Part shown: in pieces, positions 53,103 to 64,000 of the stretch
Layout: every line of letters starts with the position of its first letter
Position numbering within the stretch: position 1 is the stretch's first letter
Assembly (NCBI RefSeq): GCF_006345805.1
Contig: NC_043015.1
Span: 23,188,001-23,252,000 of the forward strand
Direction of reading: 5' to 3'
Length of the DNA stretch: 64,000 nucleotides
DNA from: Octopus sinensis
Lineage: Eukaryota
Translations under genes and position numbers: made by a program
Notes under the pieces: model-generated
What the model was told of the DNA's origin: nothing
The model's database searches: none
What the model saw: the letters and a program-made list of their open reading frames with translations, nothing else

Positions 53103-54217
53103 ATACATATATTTATATATATATCTATATGTATATATACATATACATATGTATATATATACATATATATAATATATATATATGTGTGTATGTGTGTATA
53201 CATACACACATATATATAGTTATGTATATATGTATATAGGTGTCTATTTTGTGTGTCTGTGTATGTGTGTGTGCACGTTTGTGTGTGAGAGTGTGTGTAC
53301 GTGTGTGTTTCTAGTTAAACAGTCTTAGCTACACAGTGGATAACAACCGCTAAAACAGTTTGAAACTTCTTTTAAGAGACAAACTCACATCAGAGTTACC
53401 ATTTGTAAACACTTAATAATTTATATACAACTAATTATTAAAGTGGAAAATTTATCAAAAAGCCATTTCTATTCATCTTCTTAAACACACATACACACAT
53501 ACTTACACAAACACACACACACACATATGGTTGTGAATACCAGCGCGTACAACTTGCTAAACCTACATTTATCCTGCTGAATGAAACTATTTTCACATAA
53601 GCAACCGCGTATTTAATATTTGATTAATCGTGTTCTTGTGTCTGATCTCTCCTATCCCCCCGCATATTTGCTAAACTATCAACCATCGTTTATTGATTAT
53701 TCATATTATCCTATCATTATTACAATGAAAAAGAAAAAAAGACCTATAATATTATTTATATCATAAAATATAGTATAACACATGATATAGATTATATAGA
53801 AATATATTTGTGACAGAATGAAAGAATCTTCACGTTAATTGTTTTGTTATATTATTGAAAAGATCTAAGTTTCAAATTAATCTTCTTTAACACTAAATAT
53901 TATGGACACCACTTATTAAGACTTGAAAACTCAAATATCTGATTACTATTTTTGTGAATATTTGTCGGTAGGAAACATACGAATGTAATCTACACATTCA
54001 TACGAAAATGCACCCAACCCATATATATATATATAGCCCTAGTAACCACACCTTTTAAGATATGGATTTCTAATCTCGTTCACTCACATCCTCACCTCAT
54101 TTTACATCTCCCTATAAATTTTGGAGTCAATCCGACGAGATCTAGTGCCCTTTAACCCGTTCCAATCCCAAAACCAGACAAACAAACTTTTCGCAATTCA
54201 GATTTATGGATATTGAT

Positions 54218-54291
<74 letters not shown>

Positions 54292-54450
54292 ATACATGTA
54301 TGTATACCGAATACCGAAAATATTAGAAATAGCAGCAAGATAGGTCATTATTTCTACTACTAGTAAAAAAAGTCTCCGCAAACAAACAGAATTTGTAACC
54401 CGTATATGGTAAAGAGAAATAAGACAACGAAATCCCAGCCTATTGGATTA

Positions 54451-54509
54451 ATTATTGACGAATTCGTTTCTAGATTAGAACCGAAGGTTCATTTCCTTGT
54501 CAACATAAT
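54451..54509 (-). ncRNA. Decayed hammerhead-like motif
   Basis: Minus strand reads ATTATG-TTGACAA-GGAAAT-GAACC-TTC-GGTTC-TAATCTA-GAA-ACGAATTCGT-C-AATAAT. Stem III is a 10-nt palindrome with GUC, and the core is two substitutions from CTGACGA. Confidence 0.4.
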
Positions 54510-54804
54510 ATTTCATATAAATCTAGAAATGCTAGGAAAAAAACAACTCACCTGTTACATCAACCCGATCAGGTGACATCGAACGATATAACGGTCCGCT
54601 AGCATCTCCACATTTATATAGACAGGCGAATTCGTATCTCCCTCCAAAATTACCACGTGAGTTACAAAAACAATACCAACGAAGCGAAGTTTATATATAT
54701 ATATATATATATATATGCATGCATGTGTATTAGATAAAATAAGATAACAAGGCCAAGGCAATGTGACTTACATACCTTTACCTGCCTTTTATGTCCTCAT
54801 ATTA

Positions 54805-54843
<39 letters not shown>

Positions 54844-54991
54844 TGAGTATGTATATGTGTAAATGTGTATGAATATATGCGCGAGAGTTTGTAAATGGAT
54901 TCTCTGAGTTGCTGGAGAACACAATCTGTAGAAAGGTGAATAAATGGTCTTCTGCTTATGTAGGACAAACGGATTAATTCAATTTTCCGTA

Positions 54992-55186
54992 GAGGTGCAG
55001 TGGCCCGGTGGTAAGGGCAGTGAACTTGCGGTCGTAGGATAGTGGTTTCGATTCCCAGATCGGGAGTTATGAGTGTTTATAGAGCGAAAACTATTAAAGC
55101 ACCACGAAGCTCCGGCAGGCGTTGGCGGCGAACCCTGCTGTACTCTTTCACCACAACTTACTCTCATTTTTTCCTCTTTCTGCAAA
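54992..55186 (+). mobile_element. tRNA-derived SINE (family 3)
   Basis: A box TGGCCCGGTGG and B box GGTTTCGATTCC. Confidence 0.75.
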
Positions 55187-55556
55187 GGCGATGTGCTGGC
55201 AGAAACGTTAGCACGCTGGGTGAAATGCTTAGCTGTATTTCGTCTGTTTTCATGTTCTGAGTTCAAATTCCGCCGAGGTCGACTTTGCCTTTCATCCTTT
55301 CGGGGTCGATTAAATAAGTACCAGTTACGCACTGGGGTCGATATAATCGACTTAATCCGTTTGTCTGTCCATGCTTGTCTCTTCTATGTTTAGCCATTTG
55401 TGGGTAGTAAAGAAATAGGTATTTCGTCTATCTCTACGTTCGACTTCGCCTGTCATCGTTTCGGGGTCGATGAATTAAGTAGCAGTTGCATACTGGGGTC
55501 GATCTAATCGACTCGTGCCTTCCCCCCAAATTTTGGGTCTTCTACCTAGAGTAGAA
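55187..55556 (+). mobile_element. tRNA-derived SINE (family 2) with a partly duplicated body
   Basis: GGCGATGTGCTGGCAGAAACGTTAGC head and GAGTTCAAATTCC B box. The ggggtcgat block is repeated. Confidence 0.85.
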
Positions 55557-56499
55557 AATAGTCATTCAATTTCGCGGGTTTTTTCCCGTTATTCCTTCAC
55601 ATCCGTGTTTTATGTTGTATCTTAATGGAACTAACAATAAGCTTTATTGAATTGCAGGACCCGCTGTAATCCAAAAATAGATTCTTCATATTATGTAACT
55701 GAAATACACCAGATGTCCCTTAGAAAATTCTGCATTAATGATGAAATCTCGTGATCCAAACAACTAGCAATGAAAGCAAAGTATTATTATCTATCTTCGT
55801 TTTTCCGTTTTTATATACCCTACCATTTATGCTGCTGATAATTCTCCTTCCTATATTATAAGTGTTTGCCGCCTGTACGCCGATCTATATTAAAATATAA
55901 TATACGCTTGCTCTTGCATTAATTCTGTACATTTCTAACCAAGAATAATGATATATAACTGGTTATCTCAGGCTTTCGAAAATTAATGATGTTTATCAGT
56001 TTGATGGATTTGCTTTAATTTTTAAGAAGAGGCAATCTGACAGCAAAGCTGAAAAACAAAAGATATTTGATGAATTACGGTGTTTTATATGGATATCAAC
56101 AAATACAAAGAAGATTAATATCGAGATAAAATTTGCGAATATCAACCATTCCTCTCGCTGTTTACAGAAAAAAACTCAAATTGCGTAATGTCGTGGGTTG
56201 GAAGATAAATAAAATCTACGCAACTACCAGATGTGCAGAGTAAAACATGAATGTAACCAGTATTTTTCTTAAAACGGGTGGGAATATATTTGAATCGGGA
56301 ATATTGTGGAATCCCATTTCTCCGACACTGAAGATGCCCAAGCCACAAATCATATGGAGAATTATTCTAAACCAGATGTTCTGAGAAGTAACACAAAAAT
56401 ATAAAATGGCTTGTACAAGTGTAAATGTTTGACTTACAATATAAATGATTATAATTCTCTCTAGCACAGTCAAAACTGGTGAAATTGTATGGAAAAGGG

Positions 56500-56860
56500 T
56501 AAGATTAGTCGACAGCATCGACCTAGCATTTCATTGGTACTTTATTTTATCGACCAGAAAGGAGGAAAGGTAAAGTTGACCACTGAGGGATATGAAACCA
56601 AACTCTAGTGAAGCGAAAATATAAACCGCCACATTCTATCCGACGCTCTGCTGATCATACTAATTTGCGCCTTTTAGCTCGTGAATTAGGCACGCGTCCA
56701 GCAATAATGATGGAAAGAGATAAGTCGAGACCATGGACCTCTGTGCATCACTGGTACTTTACTTTCCGACTTCAAAACAATTAGTGAAAAGTTAACCTAC
56801 GCGGTGTTTGAAGCCACGTTGTAAAGAGTCAGAAGAAATACCACATCATTTTAAAAATTC
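56500..56860 (-). mobile_element. Degenerate SINE family 2 fragments
   Basis: tggtactttattttatcgaccagaaaggaggaaaggtaaagttgacc and a second decayed block. Confidence 0.6.
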
Positions 56861-57559
56861 TTTTTATCGCTCGCTTTGACGAGTCTGCTATTTCACTGCG
56901 CTAGAATTGTCCATATAACTGCCCATGGGACAGAAGCGACGACAGTATCGTAATACAATGGGGCCGTATCAGACTTTACACAAAACCGATCCAAACAGTA
57001 TTTCTTTACTTGTAATACATAATGTATAAATATTGCTATCTGTAACATGTATCAACATTGCTAAATATATAGTTATTCCAATGAGTTATACATACATTTT
57101 CTTAATAGGATATTGGAAAATTAAAAACACATTAATAATCTAATCAAATAAAATTTTGTATAAAATACAACTCCGTATTACATTATTACATATTTAAAAG
57201 CAGAACTTTTAAGGGTTTACATATTTTGAAATGTATTTATGGTACAGAAAGTGTTTGTTGCTAAGGGATAAAGTACGATTTATTTGTATGCTCCTTAACA
57301 TTCATTTCCTGCATTTCTGTTCTATTAAATAGCTTTGCAAGTTTTCCTCCTTTCTCTTTCTTTTCTATTTTTTACATTTTGTTGTTGATTTAGTTAAACA
57401 ATTATTCAGCGAGGTAAAAGAAATCCAGATGACTTTCTTTTTTCATCAACTCATTTAAATTGAAAATGGCGGTTTATATATATATCAGTCCATAATGTCA
57501 CGATATTCTAAGTGTTCTACAGAAAATATTGAAAAGTAGTCATTAACTATACAGAAACG

Positions 57560-57602
<43 letters not shown>

Positions 57603-57606
<4 letters not shown>

Positions 57607-58160
57607 GCCCTGATGCAGTACCAGGCAGTGGCTAACATGGCTTCTGATCTTAACTGATTGGAAGTGTTATCATGTACATTGTTTTGTCTTGGTATAAAAT
57701 ATGGGCTACAGCAAATATTCTGCTCAATACCACAGATTTGCTTGTCAGTTGTTTGACCTTAACCAGTTGAGCATGTCCCTTAGTGGCTGACGATATGTGC
57801 ATCTCTGATCACGAGCAGAAGTAGTGGGGGAGCATCATAGCCATGTGTTGAGAAGGATTCTTTGGGGTTTGAATAATTCACCTCAGGAAACATGGGTGTT
57901 TCGTTCAACGTCCTTAAACAACCCTTATTCAGTGACCATTTGAGCGGGATGGGTTACTCGATCTGAAGAAAATTCTAACTGGGCTCCACCTGCAAGGTCA
58001 TGTGCTGTTTATCTTGATATGAGATCACCATGTCGCGCACATATGGTTGTGATGCATGTGCCTGGTGTACCCTTATCAGACGGGTAGTCATGATGGGTAT
58101 ACTGGGCTTCGTATATTTTACCCCAGTGTCACTTTGATGGCATGCTCTGCTCGCTCACTC
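57603..58160. mobile_element. Non-coding element of about 560 bp embedded in an (AAT)n tract
   Basis: Sharp boundaries, more GC-rich than the flanks, (AAT)n on both sides in the same phase, and no informative ORF. Confidence 0.65.
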
Positions 58161-58224
<64 letters not shown>

Positions 58225-58310
58225 GAAGAAGAGGAAGAAGAAGAAGAAGTAGAAGAAGAAGAAGAAGAAGAAGAAGAAGAAGAAGAAGAAGAAGAAGAAG
58301 AAGAAGAACG
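58161..58310. repeat. (AAT)n followed by (AGA)n microsatellite
   Basis: Direct reading. Confidence 0.95.
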
Positions 58311-59212
58311 TTATGATAATTTAGTTTACGAATGCAATATGCAATATTAATTTATGGAAAATCAACGTTTTCTCTATGAAAGGCGGGCAATGGATAAAAA
58401 TAATGTATATGTGTAGTCTTTAAATACATAGTGAGACTGGAAAATAATCACCATAATTAACCTGTATTAATAGACATTTACTACAATGGTTGAATAGAAT
58501 TACGTTTAAAAAATCTTGACTAATCATTCGGTTCATATAAAAAATATATTATAATGATACCTCATAACTAATGACATCTGAATACTCCCAGTATAGCAAA
58601 TATATTTAGACGTTATTTCAACAGAATAATATATCAACTATTCAGACATAAATTGAATCATTCTTATTCGCAAACAAAGTTGCAAACGGTGTATATTAAA
58701 GCAGGAACATATTGTCCCATTGAAAATCGTCTCTGTATGGATCTGTGGGGTATAAAGAATTAAGGGTCGTCGACGAAAGCAAAAGGTACCCCCTCTCTAT
58801 TTCTCCCTTCCCAACATCCTAACAGCCGACGAATTGCATTGAAGAAATAATTTTTAAAAGATCGAGGTGTCTATCTCCTGTCTATCTCTCGTGCCTGTTA
58901 ATTTGTGAATTCGTAGACCGTTGAATTTATATTATATAATTATAACATGAGTTACACCGCGCCCATAATTATGATTTGAATGTACGGGATCTTCAGCTTT
59001 GTCTGAGAGGAAATTCTCTCCTCTTCGATGACATATTTCCATCAAGCAGCAAACGATGTATTTAAAATTCCTGTTCACAGAAACGTAAAACTTTTCCTTC
59101 TCAGCTAAAATGACCAGTCCGAAAATTTATATTCCTCACCCGAGATGTGCGTATTTATTTATGTATATATCTACATATACATACATATGTATATATATAT
59201 ATATATATATAT

Positions 59213-59575
59213 AACATTATTGGTGAATTGAAGAAATGGAGCTGAACGCAGATTGAACAGAAATCGTTTTATTTCATTCTACACGTGTTTCGAAAGGCAC
59301 AAATTACCAAAATCCGATTGATTTTGGTAATTTGTGCCTTTCGAAACACGTGTAGAATGAAATAAAACGATTTCTGTTCAATCTGCGTTCAGCTCCATTT
59401 CTTCAATTCACCAATAATGTTTTAATTTCAATTATCCGCACCAACGCACGGTTGCAACGCCAGATGGTTGTACCTCCAACCGTGCTGTTCACTGCTGTGA
59501 TTTTTGCTACTAAGGTATCGGTTAAACTTTTGATTAATCTACTACAAGATTATTCATCTTTCTATTCACATTATA
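59213..59575. mobile_element. Perfect 102-bp-arm palindrome (59213-59314 and 59320-59421) plus a 3' extension, between TA tracts (family G)
   Basis: The arms are identical and the centre is 5 nt (CGATT). Each arm carries GAA-ACACGTGT-A. Confidence 0.9.
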
Positions 59576-59606
59576 TATAATATATATATATATATATTAT
59601 ATATAT

Positions 59607-59660
<54 letters not shown>

Positions 59661-59762
59661 CCTACCTACATAGGCATTAGTGTGTCCTCATACACACATG
59701 CAAATACATACATACATGCAAATATATATATATATATAATATATATATATATAATATATATA

Positions 59763-59824
<62 letters not shown>

Positions 59825-62800
59825 GAGAAAAACGCCCCTGTCCAATGGACGGTGCTGCGTTGTCAAACATTTAAACCAAATTTTCTCAAAACAACTTCTC
59901 CCACCGTCTCATAAGCCTCCCTTTTGAGAAACCTAAATTTGCGACACCAGCAAAATACGAATTTCGACTGGTGTACCTCCGTGTACAAATGCCCGTTCCC
60001 ATGGCTTTATCGATCGCATTCTCACCTGGAATTGATTTTTTTTCAAGACTGATACACGCATTTATACCGTCGGTATCTACTTATAATATTTTTATCGTTG
60101 TGTGCGTATGTTTTTACCTTTATCTAGCTACCAGTGTAGGTACGTTAACGTCTCCGTCACCTGATGGTTACGCAAAAGACCGATAGAAGAGCAAAACAAA
60201 TACAGGATTCAATCAACACTTTCAAAGAGGTGCCCAAGCTTGGTTGTAATTCAATCACCGAAATAATTATAAGTATAAAATAATATAAGATAACTGAATA
60301 AATTTGACAACATATTATTGTGAACAATGCTATAAATGACCACTTCCGATGTCTAAGTGCAAATGAATTTGTTGCTCCTCCTTGTTTCACTATTTCCTTT
60401 ACAATTTATTGATCCCATGTAAGTGTATAATTTTCTTTTGACAGTAATTGTGGTGTTCATTATCATACCTGTTAAGAAAAATATTGAATTTTCACTTTTT
60501 TAAAATTTTGTAGGCCATTATCTTATATATTTTTCAACATAGTAAGAGAATGCTTTAACGATAATCTAAATGGTAAATACACACAAGAAACGATATCCAC
60601 TATAAAAAACATCGAGGAATTAAAAGCTGAAAATATTTATGAAAACGTTGTCTTGACTATTTTACGTCTGAAAGTTTGCATATCTGTACTTAAAAGGTAG
60701 CCAGTCTGTCTGTCATTAGAAATTAGTTTATAAAACTCGATTTCAATACACCAAATGCTCATATCTTAATTTCATAAAATTGAGACTATCAGCGTAAATG
60801 GGTTTTACGTCAGCTATGTTTGCAACATGTTTTCACACAACAAACGATTGTAGGTTTCTCTATTTCTGTACCACCCTATTTACAAATAATCAGGATATAA
60901 GCACACAAATATACATGCAGACTGCACACACACACACATACACACAACACACACACTCACACACACAAATGTATGAATGTATTTATAACAATTAAGTCTA
61001 TGTCCAATTTTAATACATGGGAAATCGTATAACAATTTATGTGGAAGTGAATATCCGATTTTAAAACATACAAAAGGTAAATGTAGATGACACATATTCT
61101 CGTGCGCACATACATCTAACTAGAAGTCTGTGTGTATGCACACGCACACACACACACACGCACACAAACACACGCACACAAACACACGCACAAACACACA
61201 AATACACACACCTTCAGACACACACACAAACACATACACCATCACACACGCACACACACACACACACACGCACACAAACACACACACATATATATATGTG
61301 CGTAATTCTATACATTCCCTTATTGTATTACACTTTTCCTCCATTAATGCGATATAGCTAGCGGAGACATAGTCAATAATGTCAACATATATACTTATTT
61401 AAAATCTGTAACTCCAGAAATCTTACCAATCTGTAGCGAAATAGAAAGTGTGGCACCTGGAACTACACAGAATACAGATATCACAAAATACACGAGTACA
61501 CATGCACATACACAGAGGCACGCGCACTCACAAACTTCACCCACACATACACACACGCATGCACATACACAAACACACTCGCACACACACATAAATACAC
61601 ACACATTAATAGACACACATATTGCAAAGCATAGATATACATACAAATCGATAATTTCTGCAGGTACCTCTTTAATGAATCTTGGCCAATCCTTACAATT
61701 CGAAGTAAAAATATCTTAAAATAGATTCATATATTTATATGTATATGCAGCTGTCGAGTTATAGGATCTGTTATGCTTGAACAACTAATGGCATTTGGAC
61801 CCAGCCAAACATAACGGTGAAACATGTGTAGGAACTATAATGTAAACTTTTGTTTAGCCATACTTGTTATGTATACATGTACATTTTTGAGACAGAATAT
61901 ATGTAGGTATGCACGGAAGCATTTACATATGCATAGATATATGTTTGTGTTTGTGTGTGTGTGTATGTGTGTGTGAATGTTTGTGTATGTGTTAATTAGT
62001 TATATAATTCTAGACAATTTAGATACATAGAAATGTACGATGTCAAAAACGGCTAGGTACAATAATATGCAACTCAAAATGATGCAAAATAAACAAAAGA
62101 CAGCAGATTTCTGTTTTTTATTGTAGATATGTAAGTACTACATCCTACTAAAGCCGTAGATCCGACTCAGGGCTGGTTGTAGACGCGTCAGAGTTGTGAA
62201 AATGAAAAAAAACTTACAATAGCTGTTTCAGTAGAATGATATTGATGTATTCACAGATTACATCATAGCATAAAATCAACTATCGTCAGGTAAAATGTTA
62301 TCATGTATAAACAGATGATACCTTGATGATAGCGAATCAAACCAACACTTTTGTATAGATGGCATTAAAAAAAAACTTTCAAATTTCTAGATAATTAGTG
62401 CGGGAAATCACTATATAGGTCAAACAAGAATGTCTCTCCGCTGAAGAACAAATCTTCACAAAGAAAAAAACAAATCAGCTACCCACAATATAGTCAGTGA
62501 GCACATACAAAGATGTGCTAGGAACCTTAAACCGAACTTCTTAAGTTTCCCTTCCTATCGATGTTCACAGAACACCTCAGTAGAGCAAATATTAAATGAA
62601 GAAGCAACTTTCATTAATAGATATTCACAACTCAACATGAACTCGCAACTTGATACAGGACACTACAATCCTTACGAATACCAATAATGACACTAATCTC
62701 CATACATTCCATACACCATTCATATTCCAGTAATTATATCCACCTTAATTGCATCACTTCCAGGACGGCTTACCTCCCTTGAATGTAATATTTTCACTCA

Positions 62801-63213
62801 AGTATTATTAGACTCAACATCGTCTAGAAATCGGTGTTCATTCAAAGTCAGTGATCAGCTCTAAAGATACCGGTATGATTTTGAATCTCTATAATGATCT
62901 TTATACTTCATAATTCCATATCAAATCATTTAACTGAATGTATATATCTTTGCTATTCTTAAAAAAAGCTTTTATTTTTTAAAATCTAATGTGAATTTTC
63001 TTTGTTTGCTTTTTACTTTCCATTATTTATACCACGTGTAGTCGTTTTCATTGAAACATATTTCTATTGTATACAAAACATATATATATGTATGTATGTA
63101 TGTGTGTGTGTGTGTGTTTATGTGTGTGCTTGTGTGAGTGCGTATGTATGTACTGAGTTCGCTTCCCTGCGTGCATGTACATGTATACTCGTGTTTCCAT
63201 ATATGTATATAGT

Positions 63214-63316
<103 letters not shown>

Positions 63317-63317
63317 G

Positions 63318-63340
<23 letters not shown>

Positions 63341-63351
<11 letters not shown>

Positions 63352-63877
63352 AAGGACAACTACTTAATAAGGAAAACTTAACAAGAAATTGTCAGGTAGA
63401 TAGCGTAAAAACCTCATAAGAGAAAAAATTTCGAAAATAATTATTTCTTATTGAACATATTAATTTATATATAGAGGGCATAATTATACATACATGCCAG
63501 GAGGCATTATATATACCTGCCAAACGCTAAGAGGGACAATCAGTCATTTCTACCAAAAATATTACTAATCCCACCGAATGCAATTTTTCAAAGTAAGACA
63601 TTTAAGATGTTTTTAAATGTCTTACTTTGAAAAATTGCATTCGGTGGGATTAGTAATATTTTTGGTAGAAATGACTGATTGTCCCTCTTAGCGTTTGGCA
63701 GGTATATATAATGCCTCCTGGCATGTATGTATAATTATGCCCTCTATATATAAATTAATATGTTCAATAAGAAATAATTATTTTCGAAATTTTTTCTCTT
63801 ATGAGGTTTTTACGCTATCTACCTGACAATTTCTTGTTAAGTTTTCCTTATTAAGTAGTTGTCCTTAATTGCAAAAT
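63341..63877. repeat. Perfect 265-bp-arm palindrome with a 7-nt centre, abutting (TA)n
   Basis: 63341-63605 is the exact reverse complement of 63613-63877 (checked in 10-nt blocks). The centre is GATGTTT. Confidence 0.95.
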
Positions 63878-64000
63878 TTTTATTCCGAAAAAACTTTTCC
63901 TCTCCCGAAATGCAATTTTGTAAAAGTTTGCCATTCACCCGGATGTAATATATATAAACTCACCCATGTGCTTCGTTGATGTTGATCAGTTAGCTGTTCG

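Overview
Eukaryotic, very AT-rich, microsatellite-dense DNA with no recognisable host protein-coding exon. The SINE and repeat families resemble those I associate with Octopus genomes, which is an inference and was not verified by search. Nearly all ORFs in the track are microsatellite artefacts. Identifiable coding remnants are decayed transposons: a maT/DD37D element, two mariner copies (one with intact TIRs and TA target duplication), and five R4/Dong-type LINE fragments next to (TAA)n. There are also tRNA-derived SINEs, a Lep1-like Helitron and several MITE-like fold-backs. The main unannotated signal is a set of short non-coding elements from at least seven sequence families that abut (TA)n tracts and carry hammerhead-ribozyme-like motifs. 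Many are minimal forms with palindromic stem III, the architecture known from Penelope-like retroelements. Several form head-to-head palindromes whose junction falls at or inside the ribozyme. One motif (37244-37305) has its strands in a non-circularly permuted order. All ribozyme calls come from manual base-pairing, and none is shown to be active.
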